A DNA stretch of 64,000 nucleotides from a virus (IMGVR_UViG_3300031994_000051:1-64000), one strand, 5' to 3'. Positions 39,349 through 49,626 are shown, counted from the first letter of the stretch. Notes: generated by a model not told the origin, from the letters alone. Program-made: numbers and translations.

Positions 39349-39717
39349 ATGACACAACAAGAAAAGAAACAGTTTAAGGAAGGTTTATTCGGATATCTTC
39401 CGTTTGGATTAAAATGTGTCGCAACAGCAACCACTGTTGATCCACACCATGTCGATATGGATGGATTCTATAAAGAAGTCGACTTTGATGCTGATGTTGA
39501 ACTCTTGTCGATCGATATCATAGTTGATCCTCTAAATGATGATCAAGGATTGTATGATTTCGTTTTCGAGGAACCTTTTACTCTAAATGAGTTTATTCCA
39601 TATCTTCGTGGCTTATTCAGCATAACAAACGAAGAGAAAATATTGGTGTTCGGATCTGAAGAATGTGATGGAAGATATTGCTATAAGGATTATCTTTATG
39701 TCGGTGACGGAATGTAA
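39349..39717 (+). CDS. hypothetical protein
   Basis: ORF. Confidence 0.45.
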   Translation: MTQQEKKQFKEGLFGYLPFGLKCVATATTVDPHHVDMDGFYKEVDFDADVELLSIDIIVDPLNDDQGLYDFVFEEPFTLNEFIPYLRGLFSITNEEKILVFGSEECDGRYCYKDYLYVGDGM

Positions 39718-39740
39718 TTTTATAAAAAATCAAATAAAAC

Positions 39741-40352
39741 ATGGCAGACAAAGAACTTATCAAGAAAGAAATTGAAAGACGGATTGAAAAATATGGGCCT
39801 GACTTTAAGACGCCATACGATGCGATGTATCAACTGTTGACTTTACTTGACTTAATCAACTCCCTTCCAGAAGAACCTGAAAGCGAGGATTTGGAAGAAG
39901 AAATTGAAAACTATATCAAGGATAGTCTTGCTATTAAGTTCCCAACAACAGACAAGGATCAAATAAAGGCTGACATCAGATATATCGCCCGTCACTTCGC
40001 TGAATGGCAGAAAGAAAAAGATTATAAAATGTATGCTCATATGTCTTTAAAAGATATACATGATGCTTGGCAAGAATTAAAAAAGAATAAGCCAGACATT
40101 GAAAAATATCCTGCTATTTGTTTTCAAAAAGGTGCAGACTGGAGAGAAAATCAGATGAAAGAAGCTCTCCAAACTGAGTATGAAAAAGGTAGGTTTGATG
40201 TGAGAGAGGAAATGATGAAAGATACTATAAATGGAATAATGGACTGTGATGATGATAATGAGTGGATTGAAATTACAGATAAACTAATTGTAACACCATC
40301 GATAGCAGGAAACAAAGTAAAAATAATCATCGTTAAAACTGAACAACAATGA
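39741..40352 (+). CDS. hypothetical protein
   Basis: ORF. Confidence 0.5.
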   Translation: MADKELIKKEIERRIEKYGPDFKTPYDAMYQLLTLLDLINSLPEEPESEDLEEEIENYIKDSLAIKFPTTDKDQIKADIRYIARHFAEWQKEKDYKMYAHMSLKDIHDAWQELKKNKPDIEKYPAICFQKGADWRENQMKEALQTEYEKGRFDVREEMMKDTINGIMDCDDDNEWIEITDKLIVTPSIAGNKVKIIIVKTEQQ

Positions 40353-40579
40353 GCAAGATTGCAGAACAAAAAGCATTGAAAATTGTAAAGCAATATGATT
40401 ATCCTTGGGATACAGGTTCTATATTTAAAGGTTATGTCCAAGGTTACGACCAAGCCATGCAAGACTTATTGGAGAAGGCTTGTGAATGGCTAATGCACAA
40501 TAATGACTGGCATGATGGTGAAGTAGACTTTTACGTCAAGAATTTCAAAAACTACATGCAAAATGAAAGCGAGAATTAA
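40349..40579 (+). CDS. hypothetical protein
   Basis: ATGA overlap. Confidence 0.4.
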   Translation: MSKIAEQKALKIVKQYDYPWDTGSIFKGYVQGYDQAMQDLLEKACEWLMHNNDWHDGEVDFYVKNFKNYMQNESEN

Positions 40580-40946
40580 ACACTCAGATAAAATCATTGA
40601 TGTTGAGTATAATATTTTCGGATGGCTTTTTGATAGTCCAGAATGCAAAAGAATTTTTAATACAGAAGAACTTGATTTTTTTGATAGTGACAATATAGAT
40701 TGGCAATCCTTCCGCAATCAAGTGGCGAAGGATATTTTGTGCGTTGTGTTTGAGAAGGCAATAAGCAGCGGAGATTTATTGTCGATTGGCTCAATACTAA
40801 ACACCTCGACTACAGAGGATCGATCGGCAAAGGTATCGCACTTGACGCTAAAGACATGTATAACAATAAAACAGAATAATAATCATGGATTACGAAAGAA
40901 AATACAAAGAACTCGTCGACAACTTCAAGTCCGTGCTGAATCTTAG
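40563..40946 (+). CDS. hypothetical protein (3' end overlaps next gene by 62 nt in another frame)
   Basis: ORF; the overlap is unusual. Confidence 0.35.
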   Translation: MKARIKHSDKIIDVEYNIFGWLFDSPECKRIFNTEELDFFDSDNIDWQSFRNQVAKDILCVVFEKAISSGDLLSIGSILNTSTTEDRSAKVSHLTLKTCITIKQNNNHGLRKKIQRTRRQLQVRAES

Positions 40947-41976
40947 GGCAGTGAAAGAAAACGGAACAATCCCAACAGAAGACGTGAGAAAACTGATTCC
41001 AGAATTGCAAACCCCAAATGACGGGGAAATAATAAAAGAACTTATCGACTATCTTGACGTCCAAGACGCTATCGCAAAAGGAAAAGATTCCGACTTCAAA
41101 AACTGGATCGCATGGCTGAAAAAACAAAACGAAAAAGAACTAGACACAAGATATAACTATCTCGAAGAATTGATCGCAGCCGACGACATCTATCAAATGG
41201 CCATGAATGACGCAATGCTAGAAGAAGCAAAAACAAAGGCCATGCAAGCACTATCGAAACTAGAAATATCAAAACTATTATTCCAAGAACGAGAGGGAAA
41301 AGGGTGTACTGATTTGATAAAAGAATTAAATAATTATATTGAAAATACACCAGAAAAACAACGCGAAAACGATTGGAATGAACTTAAACCATATAGTAAT
41401 CCAGACTCTAATAAATTTAAAGTTGAAGGCTATCAAAGTGATGATGGAAAGATGGAACATCAAATTGCAATAGAAACAGTTAATGCATTGTATCATAAAA
41501 AGCCTGCTGAGTGGAGTGAAGAGGATGAAGAAATGTTTGACGCTGTTATTGCTGATATACAATTTACGCAGAAAGCTCATAATCACGAAGTCAACCAAGT
41601 TGTTTATGAAAGAGAAATTGATTGGCTTAAATCCATCAAAGACAGAATACAACATCAATCAAAACAAGAATGGAGTGAGTATGACAAAATCCAACTTAGC
41701 GAAGCAATACAAATGATTGAAGCAAATGGTACTTGGATTAGAAGTAAAGATGCTGTTAAGAAAGTATCAAATTGGCTTAAATCCCTCAAGCCACAATCAA
41801 GTCTATATGATAAAGGTTATAACGATGGTTATTCTGCTGCAAAGTATAACAGTTGGAAGCCGAGCGAGGAACAGATGAAATGGTTAAAAGATGTCATTGA
41901 AACCGTCCCTATGACTTGTAGGCAGCAAATTTCATTAGAATCACTTTACAACGACCTTAAAAACTTTAAATCATGA
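40885..41976 (+). CDS. hypothetical protein (363 aa)
   Basis: ORF. Confidence 0.55.
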   Translation: MDYERKYKELVDNFKSVLNLRAVKENGTIPTEDVRKLIPELQTPNDGEIIKELIDYLDVQDAIAKGKDSDFKNWIAWLKKQNEKELDTRYNYLEELIAADDIYQMAMNDAMLEEAKTKAMQALSKLEISKLLFQEREGKGCTDLIKELNNYIENTPEKQRENDWNELKPYSNPDSNKFKVEGYQSDDGKMEHQIAIETVNALYHKKPAEWSEEDEEMFDAVIADIQFTQKAHNHEVNQVVYEREIDWLKSIKDRIQHQSKQEWSEYDKIQLSEAIQMIEANGTWIRSKDAVKKVSNWLKSLKPQSSLYDKGYNDGYSAAKYNSWKPSEEQMKWLKDVIETVPMTCRQQISLESLYNDLKNFKS

Positions 41977-42398
41977 CAAAAGAAGAAAAAGAATTACTCC
42001 TTAAAGATATTTGTTCAAGATTACCGCATAGAGTAAAAGTGAACATTTCGGCATCAATCAAATATGATAACTACATTCCATCCATAAATGATGCCACTAT
42101 TATAGCATTAGACCTTCGTAACGAAAGATGTAACTTTAATGAGTTTTATTGGGATAAAGAAATTGTAAATGTTCGTCCATATCTCCGTCCAATGTCAAGT
42201 ATGACTGAGGAGGAAAAATCTACTTATCTTTCGTATTGTGAATGTGATGATGGTGATTATACAGGTGAAACTATATATTTTGATACTATAGAGTCTTTTG
42301 ACTATCTTAATCAAATTCATGTAGATTATAGAAACTTGATTCCTAAAGGTCTTGCATTAGAAGCACCAAAAGGGATGTATAATATTAAAACTGAATAA
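41973..42398 (+). CDS. hypothetical protein
   Basis: ATGA overlap. Confidence 0.5.
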   Translation: MTKEEKELLLKDICSRLPHRVKVNISASIKYDNYIPSINDATIIALDLRNERCNFNEFYWDKEIVNVRPYLRPMSSMTEEEKSTYLSYCECDDGDYTGETIYFDTIESFDYLNQIHVDYRNLIPKGLALEAPKGMYNIKTE

Positions 42399-42400
42399 TT

Positions 42401-42970
42401 ATGGAACAATTTTCATTAGAAAAATGGCTCCAAGACAAGAGTCGTAAAATCCGTACAAGAGACGGTAGAGCAGTAAGAATACTTTGTACTGACGCAAAGG
42501 CAAAAGATGGTTGTTGCATAATTGCAGCAATAGAAACAGATGGTGAAGAAGAAGGCTACCAATTTTTTAAGGATGGTACAGCTTATTCAAGTAAATCTTC
42601 AATAGAAGATTGTGCTGACCTTTTCTTTGCAGACGAGAAAAATGAATTAACGGAGTTTGACTATGCAGTTTTATCAATAATTTCAGACCACAATAGTCAT
42701 ACTGATTCAATTGAAGCGTTTGCAAAAAGAAGCTCAAAGAAACTTCTCGACTTGGCAAGAAAGCAACTTGAATCGAACTATTATGACATGGGTAAACAAG
42801 ATGCCTTGAAAGACTTGCCGAAGTTAGAAAAGACTAAAGATGTGATTGACCCAACAATACCAGTGATGTACACTAATTCTGCATCAATGAAAAGCTATGT
42901 GGAATATAATGGATATAAATTATGCATCAACGATGTGTTTGAGAAACTATCAAAAGAAGAACAACAATGA
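42401..42970 (+). CDS. hypothetical protein
   Basis: Last gene before the non-coding block. Confidence 0.5.
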   Translation: MEQFSLEKWLQDKSRKIRTRDGRAVRILCTDAKAKDGCCIIAAIETDGEEEGYQFFKDGTAYSSKSSIEDCADLFFADEKNELTEFDYAVLSIISDHNSHTDSIEAFAKRSSKKLLDLARKQLESNYYDMGKQDALKDLPKLEKTKDVIDPTIPVMYTNSASMKSYVEYNGYKLCINDVFEKLSKEEQQ

Positions 42971-43129
42971 TACGAGAAGAGACAAGAACACAATGATCTC
43001 ACTCCTGCAAAAGGAAACAGGAATGGGCTGCATGGATCTAAGCAAAAAATCGGCACTTTCCTCGAAGCACTAAAAAGAATATCACACCAACCCTGCGATG
43101 TAGGACTAAGAATGAAAATAGAGTGAGAG

Positions 43130-43995
43130 ATGTATCCACTAAGATAGTCTATAAAAAACAAACCACCATCCCTCCCATAACATGAACATCATAGACCATA
43201 TACTCCAAAACACTAACCTCACCCCATACAAAATATGCGCCAGATACAACATCATCAACGAACCAACAATAGCCATCCCACTGCTATCAGACCTCACACC
43301 CCAAGAAATCTCCAAACTATCCCCCTCACTAACACACCACCACGACAACACCATCTCACAAATCACCACCCAAGAACTCGACAACCTACTACACATCATA
43401 AACATCCCACTGGAATTCCACCCCGTCACCCTGCCACTCACAATCATATCCTCCAAACCACTACCCCTCACCGCCAAACCATCACACGAAGAACCGTTCA
43501 TATACATAATATCCCCATAAACCCACAAAAACACACCGTACAGACACTTTACAACAAAAAACACCCACCAACCCCACCAACCAACCAAAAACCCCTCCAC
43601 AACCACAAAAACGACCTCCATACCAAATAAGATCGATCACCCACTCACAAAAATACATCAAAAAACCAATTTTTCAATAAAAACAAAAACAAAAACCAAA
43701 TTTTTCCAGAATTTTCCAGAATTTTCAAAAAACAATACAGAACAATTAAAACAACCAAAACAAACAGGATCGATCCAAACCATAAAACCCCAACCATTCT
43801 AAAACAAACAAAAACACAACCAACAATAACCACACAAACAACCAACAATATAACAACACCCATATACGAAGTATATGGAATACACAAAATATACACCAAC
43901 CATAACATATCCCAATATACCAATAACAATAATACTATACACATCACCCTATACCCCCATATATATACCCATAACAATATAACCAAACCCAATCA
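43130..43995 (+). other. ~870-nt G-depleted A+C-rich non-coding tract (plus strand almost only A and C, few T)
   Basis: Direct reading. ORF-track products here (His/Pro/Thr-rich on plus, Trp/Gly/Val-rich on minus) are compositional artefacts. Confidence 0.8.
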
Positions 43996-44345
43996 ATCCA
44001 GATAAAACTATTATGGAAATGATATGTACATTGTAAATCAATGACTTAATTTGTTTTCCCACCACATTTCCATACAAAAACACCCCCGTCAGCGCCACAT
44101 CTGGATCGATCCACTATCAACAACACACAAACACCTGTAAAACAATATTATAACCGACATCAAACAAAGGGAAATCAAACACCTGAAAATGGAGCGATCG
44201 ATCGCCCTGAAAATCAACTGGTTATCAATATCCTTGAAAGAAAGTGTTTGACATACAACAAGTTATACAAATGAGGGGGATCGATCTTAAAAACGAAAAT
44301 TTAGCACTTTTTTCTTGGTTAAATACCTGTGTATCAGGATGTTAG

Positions 44346-44430
44346 ATGGCACTTCCGAATACCCTTTTTTAGGGCACTTCCGAATACCCTTTTTTAGGGC
44401 ACTTCCGAATACTACTTCCGAATATTAGTT
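44346..44430. repeat. iteron set A: 2 full + 2 partial copies of GGGCACTTCCGAATACCCTTTTTTA (core ACTTCCGAAT x4)
   Basis: Tandem direct repeats read at 44346-44430. Confidence 0.8.
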
Positions 44431-44473
44431 TTAGATCCCATTGGGATCTCTAATCTGGACGAAGTTATTGATT

Positions 44474-44582
44474 GCACTTCCGTTTACAATTCCGTTTACA
44501 CTTCCGTTTACACTTCCGTTTACAATTCCGTTTACAATTCCGTTTACAATTCCGTTTACAATTCCGTTTACTAATTCAAAGT
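44474..44582. repeat. iteron set B: 9 tandem 12-bp units (A/C)TTCCGTTTACA
   Basis: cacttccgtttaca attccgtttaca cttccgtttaca ... attccgtttac. Followed by the perfect 14-bp palindrome GTTTCATGTGAAAC (44585-44598) and an AT-rich stretch to ~44700. Confidence 0.85.
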
Positions 44583-45013
44583 GTTTCATGTGAAACGTTT
44601 AATATAAAACGTTTATTATCAATGAGTTAGAAAACTTATATGAAAATATAGCATATATTGGTATAATGAATCATATAACATGGCATTACGATCGATCACA
44701 TTATAGGTTCCCAATGGGATCGTAACTGGTGATTTTGGCGTTTTGATCGTTGTCATATATGTCTTTTGGAACTAATATGTTGGTGAATCCCTTTGATGTT
44801 CAGTGTTTTATGATCCAAATGGGATCGATCTTTCGTGTTTTTCTGTTTCTTCACATATCGTTTAGCCGTCAGAATCGTGTGCGGGCAAGGTTCCATGCAT
44901 GGTTGTTCAGGGCGAGGATCCAGTTGGGATCTTTCCATCCACGGTAAGGATATGTTCCATGATGCCAAACATCAATCATGTGAAGGGAAAGATATAAAAA
45001 TTTCTGAAAAATC

Positions 45014-45050
45014 TTTGCACGTATTGGTATTTTCCGTATCTTTGCATCGT
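45014..45050 (+). promoter_or_regulatory. class-II promoter (array)
   Basis: ...tattttccgTATCTTTGCAtcgt. Confidence 0.5.
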
Positions 45051-45061
45051 AATTAAAATCT

Positions 45062-45208
45062 ATGGTTATGAATAAGAACGTATGTTTGTCAAAGGGTTGC
45101 CCTTATTTGGTAAAGAAGACAATTTATTTTCCGTGGTATGAGAAGATGTACATGTGTGCGAAGCGTTTCATGGTTGACGTGAGCAAGGTTGTTGGATGTG
45201 AAAAGTGA
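45062..45208 (+). CDS. array cassette 1: 48-aa Cys-containing peptide
   Basis: First ATG after class-II promoter 45014-45050. Hairpin+T-run 45243-45271. Confidence 0.3.
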   Translation: MVMNKNVCLSKGCPYLVKKTIYFPWYEKMYMCAKRFMVDVSKVVGCEK

Positions 45209-46116
45209 ATGATTATCAATTGTTTATTTTCGATTGCTTATAGTCGTCCTCTGTCGGGGGCGACTTTTTTGCTGATTACCCTCAATGGATGGTGAACTCA
45301 TGGGATGATCGATCGGTTAGATGGATCCCAATGGGATCGTAACCTGTTGACATCGAGGTTGTTGACGAAGAAGTCCTATGACTCTTCTTGTTTTTCTATA
45401 GTGCTGGTTGCGAAATGTTAAAATCATGATTGAAAAATGGCGATAAACCCAATAAAAAGTTTGTCGTTTTCGAGGTGTTTTCTGCATTTATTAATTTTTA
45501 TTAAGATTTATGTAAATGATTGATGTTTAATGATTTACGATGATGCGAGTTCAAAAAGTCCCCTATAGGGGAAAATTGGTTTTTTGGGTGTGGTTTATGG
45601 TTGTTTTTTGAAATGTTAAAAATGGTGTCCGAAACTGTTGATGGAACGAGTGTTCATGTCGGCGTGTTATCGATCCCATTCGGATCCGTGTCTGGGTTGG
45701 ACATCCGACGGGGGTCGGTTTGGTGACGGACGACTACTACTTCGTCCGTCGTGATCTGGTTATGGATCCCGATGGGATCTGTACTGGATCTTCCCAGCAT
45801 CGTTGTCTAGAGAGTGTCTGCATGGGATGCGCAGAGAAATGGCCTGCCTTCTGGGGAAGGATCCGAGTTGGATCCAATACTGTTGTGGATGCATGGGCCT
45901 TCATGTGAGTTTCCTGCTCATGCATGGAATTTCCTGGGTGTCGGATCCGAGTGGGATCGATCCCGTCGAGTCCAGAAAACCTGCGTAATTTTTGGTGGAT
46001 TCTCTTGACCCGTCCAAAAAATTTTCGTGACGCTGTATAGCTGGGTGTCGGATCCGAGTGGGATCAGTATCCTGTGGGACCTTCTTTCTCCCTGTATGAA
46101 AATTTTTCAGATTTTC

Positions 46117-46150
46117 CTTGACACGTGTCATATTTTTCCGTATCTTTGCC
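46117..46150 (+). promoter_or_regulatory. class-II promoter
   Basis: CTTGACAcgtgtcatatttttccgTATCTTTGCc. Confidence 0.6.
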
Positions 46151-46173
46151 GAGTAATTCAAAAACATAGAGTC

Positions 46174-46365
46174 ATGAAGGAAATATTGAAAGTGTTCTTT
46201 ATATTGCTTGTTGCTGTGTTCGTTGTTCCGCTGCTTTGGTTGTTAATCAAAGAGATATGGTGGCTTATAGTCCCGTTGTTCGCTGGGATTGTGATCGGTG
46301 ACATATTTTGGGTTGCCGTGCTCGTCATATCAATAGTTGTGATTATATGGGCTTTGGCGAGCTGA
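46174..46365 (+). CDS. array cassette 2: 63-aa two-TM membrane peptide
   Basis: Promoter 46117-46150. Hydrophobic MKEILKVFFILLVAVFVVPLLWLL... Confidence 0.5.
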   Translation: MKEILKVFFILLVAVFVVPLLWLLIKEIWWLIVPLFAGIVIGDIFWVAVLVISIVVIIWALAS

Positions 46366-46985
46366 AATTTGGTTTCGCTTGTTTCATAATCGTTTAATTG
46401 TTGGCGGTGGCCGATTCCGAGTATCGGGGTCGGCCATTCGTTTTTTGAAGGGCAATCCGACACTCATTCGGGGCAGGCACTGTGGGAGGATCCCAACGGG
46501 ATCGATCCACGCCGTGGACAGACAAAGTCGCGGGTATCACCGATATGCCTCTGATGGCCATCCAGCTGGAATTCGGATGAGGATCCCAACGGGATCGATC
46601 GGGACGTGCCAGCATATTCTACGTGTTCTTGGCAGTGGATGGGTATGCAAGAAATAGGCTTCACTCTTGACTGGAACGATCCGATTCGGATCCTTACTGG
46701 GAAAATCCAGACTCTTGTTCGGGAAGGCGGCTCTGAGGAAGGTGTCCCGTGATCGAATATCGGATCCGATTCGGATCCTTCTCTGTCAAGAAAAAGTGGA
46801 ATCTCCGTACATGGTAGGATTCCAACGTCTGGTTGTTCAGGATGCAGATCCTAACGGGATCGATCGGCTGGGAAACCATTGTTTTGATCGATCCAGATTT
46901 TTTCTGTTGATTGTTTTTGTAAATTATTGTAAAATAATTAGTTACAAAGATTAGAAAAAATAATTGAAACTTTTTTGAAAAAATG

Positions 46986-47020
46986 CTTGCCAATTCGGGA
47001 AAAAGTTGTACCTTTGTAGC
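46986..47020 (+). promoter_or_regulatory. class-II promoter variant (TACCTTTG), embedded in the ~115-bp conserved upstream module 46910-47022
   Basis: cttgccaattcgggaaaaagttgtacctttgtagc. Confidence 0.5.
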
Positions 47021-47084
47021 ACAAACAAAGGGGGAAACCCCGAAGGACAGACAACACAATTATCAACAATCTAAATTCAAAGTT

Positions 47085-47411
47085 ATGGAAAACAATATCG
47101 AAACCATCACAATCGCAATCAACGGAAAGAGTTACAGACTTGTAGAGGTCAGCGCGGAGCAGGCAAATGGTGAGAAAACCATGTGTCTTGTCACGTTGGT
47201 GACACCTGTCGGTGGAATCACCAAAGCATATCCATTGAAGGATATTTGCGTCCCCGAGGGGACATACGACAACGAGGGCGACCGCTTCATCGTGCGCCAC
47301 TGCACGGACGCGGAGTTCGAGGAGTACAAGAAGCACGCAAAGGAAATAGAGGAGCCAGCCATGCTGCTGCAAGTCCTGCTTGACGTTGCATTGTCGGAAA
47401 TCGACTGCTAA
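47085..47411 (+). CDS. array cassette 3: hypothetical protein
   Basis: Promoter 46986-47020; terminator 47437-47478. Confidence 0.55.
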   Translation: MENNIETITIAINGKSYRLVEVSAEQANGEKTMCLVTLVTPVGGITKAYPLKDICVPEGTYDNEGDRFIVRHCTDAEFEEYKKHAKEIEEPAMLLQVLLDVALSEIDC

Positions 47412-47436
47412 ACTGATTTTTGCCATAATTTTTTAG

Positions 47437-47478
47437 GTCGGGGTTGTCCCTTTCGGGGGCGACCCCTTCCTTTTTTTG
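47437..47478 (+). terminator. intrinsic terminator (cassette 3)
   Basis: GC-rich hairpin gtcgggg...cgacccc + T7. Confidence 0.6.
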
Positions 47479-47877
47479 TGTGTGTCGGCAAGCAACTTCC
47501 GTCGGCAGGAATAAAGGCGGATGCTGGGCAGGATCGATCCCGTTGGGATCCCGTCCAGCCGACGAAGACTTCCATGAGGCGGGAGGTTACTTCGGTGAAG
47601 ACACATCGATGGACATCGATGGGACGATCCAACTGGGATCCGTCACGGCGGAGGGTACCACTCTCTATGTATGTCTTCTTTTCTTCGGCATTTCTTCGGC
47701 ATTTGGTGGCGGATGCGGATTGGCCCCAGTAAGGATCCCAATGGGATCTGTGTCGATCGAGAACCATGACTGCATCCTTTCTTAGAATTTTTCTTGGTTT
47801 TTGTTTTTGTAAATTATTGTAAATTAATTAGTTACAAAAATTAGAAAAAATAATTGGAAAATTTCTCGATTTTTTAT

Positions 47878-47911
47878 CCGTTGTATTGATATTTTTCCTA
47901 TCTTTGCAAAG
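47878..47911 (+). promoter_or_regulatory. class-II promoter, within conserved module 47800-47912
   Basis: ccgttgtattgatatttttccTATCTTTGCAaag. Confidence 0.55.
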
Positions 47912-48008
47912 TAATAAAATATTGTTGTAAGATTATCTATAAGAATCTAAACAACTTGTGTTAAAAACAACAAAGACATAGTTATAAACCATCAAAAATT
48001 AAAGAGTT

Positions 48009-48575
48009 ATGGCAAAACAAATTACAAAGTCACAACTTCAAGCAATGCTTGAAAACATTCAAGGCGAAACCGAAATCACAGTCACAGTCAAGGGCGAGGT
48101 CAAGATGAACAAGACAAACAACCCTTTTTACGAGAAGCAGGGTCGCGCTTGGGTAGCGAAGGATAATGTTGAGAAAATACAAACGAGCGTGTACGCTTTC
48201 GGCGGATCGTATGAGGAAAGGGTCAACGAGGCTCTCGTTGCAGACGGAAGCGCAGGCGACTTCAAGGCCGCTTCGTTGCCGTGGGGCGAGTGGATTGTGG
48301 AGGGCAAGACCATTTCCCACAACGGCAAGGTGTACGCCCGTTGCTACATCGTGGAGGGAAAATCGTCTGTTGTTTCAGTGTCGTACTTGGTCAACGGCAA
48401 GGAAGCCACATCGGAGCAGGAGCAGAGCATCAAGGACTTCACCCCAGAGAAGAAGCCGAGCGCGAAGCAGGAGGCCGCAGGGCTTGAAAGTGGAAAGCAG
48501 GTAATCCCCAATAACATCGACTTGGACAAGGTTGTCCGCGTTGAGGTTGACGGGGCGGAGTACGAAATCGCATGA
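48009..48575 (+). CDS. array cassette 4: hypothetical protein
   Basis: Promoter 47878-47911; terminator 48599-48636. Confidence 0.6.
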   Translation: MAKQITKSQLQAMLENIQGETEITVTVKGEVKMNKTNNPFYEKQGRAWVAKDNVEKIQTSVYAFGGSYEERVNEALVADGSAGDFKAASLPWGEWIVEGKTISHNGKVYARCYIVEGKSSVVSVSYLVNGKEATSEQEQSIKDFTPEKKPSAKQEAAGLESGKQVIPNNIDLDKVVRVEVDGAEYEIA

Positions 48576-48598
48576 CGGAATGTCAGTGACAAAATGTC

Positions 48599-48636
48599 AG
48601 GGGCGGCTCACTTGGTGGGTCGCCCTTTCCTTTTCC
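48599..48636 (+). terminator. intrinsic terminator (cassette 4)
   Basis: gggcgg...tcgccc + T-run. Confidence 0.6.
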
Positions 48637-49213
48637 ATTCCAGACAAGACCGACAGAGTTGGTGGAGGATCGCTGAATCGGATCCCATCGGGATCGATCG
48701 CCCTGGTGAATCCAGGGATGTCTGGACATCCCCTGGTATCCCGTCCAGTTCGGATCCCATCGGGATCGATCACTGTCCAGCATTCACCTCTTCCTCCTGC
48801 CGAAAAATTCAGCAAGGTTTTTTTGAAAAGTTTTCCAGATAAATATCCTGATTTCTTCTATGATTTTCCCACGGAAAATCCCATCGGGTTTTTCTTCATT
48901 TTCCCCGTGGGTTTTTTCCGTGGTTTTGGGCGGGGATTCCAGAGACTGGCCTCCCCGCCTTCTTTGTCTGGCAAACCCCCCCAAGAGATGTGATCCGTGA
49001 AGGAAGTCATTGGATCCCAATGGGATCGATCCTGTGGCCATCTCGTGTTCCATCTCGAACACGGCGTATTATGGATCCCGATGGGATCGATTCAGAACAG
49101 GTCCCCTTTCTTATTCCTTTTTCTGTAAGTTTTTGGTAATGTTTTTGTAAATTATTGTGAATCAAATTGTTACAAAGATTATCAAAAATAATTGAAAAAA
49201 ATCTCTCAAAATA

Positions 49214-49250
49214 CTTGACATATTGATTTTTTTCGTATCTTTGCTTCGTC
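49214..49250 (+). promoter_or_regulatory. class-II promoter, within conserved module 49130-49250
   Basis: CTTGACAtattgatttttttcgTATCTTTGCttcgtc. Confidence 0.6.
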
Positions 49251-49300
49251 AAACGACAAAGGGAAACAAACAATTTACAAACAATCTAAAACACAAGACT

Positions 49301-49597
49301 ATGGCAAAGCAACACAAAATTTACTGCGAAGGCTGCTATTGCAGGCCAATGCAGGTAATCGACAAGAACGGCAACACGGAATGGCGTTGGGTGGTGGTCA
49401 CATTTTCTGACGACTGCACCGAGAACGGCGAGGAAGTGGACATCAATGTCAAAGCGAAAACCGAGGAAGGGCTGGTCAATTCATCCGAGAGCGAGGACAA
49501 TGGCGAAACCGAGAAAATCGTCAAGAACTCAATGACGATGAAAGACCTCTACAAGGGAATCCCTGGCCTCGACCCAGACATGGACGAAGACATCTGA
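49301..49597 (+). CDS. array cassette 5: hypothetical protein (N-terminal CxxC, acidic C-terminus)
   Basis: Promoter 49214-49250; terminator 49627-49664. Confidence 0.55.
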   Translation: MAKQHKIYCEGCYCRPMQVIDKNGNTEWRWVVVTFSDDCTENGEEVDINVKAKTEEGLVNSSESEDNGETEKIVKNSMTMKDLYKGIPGLDPDMDEDI

Positions 49598-49626
49598 CGA
49601 CTTGTCTGTCCAGCATGACAAGATGG

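Noticed and set aside
43139-43992. ORF-track ORFs 43235..43630 (+), 43139..43621 (-), 43645..43992 (-) with His/Pro/Thr-rich or Trp/Gly/Val-rich products
   Set aside because: Compositional artefacts of the G-depleted A+C tract. No promoter, and the amino-acid composition is not protein-like
44474-44582. 12-bp tandem repeats as CRISPR or minisatellite
   Set aside because: Units are contiguous with no spacers; interpreted as iterons
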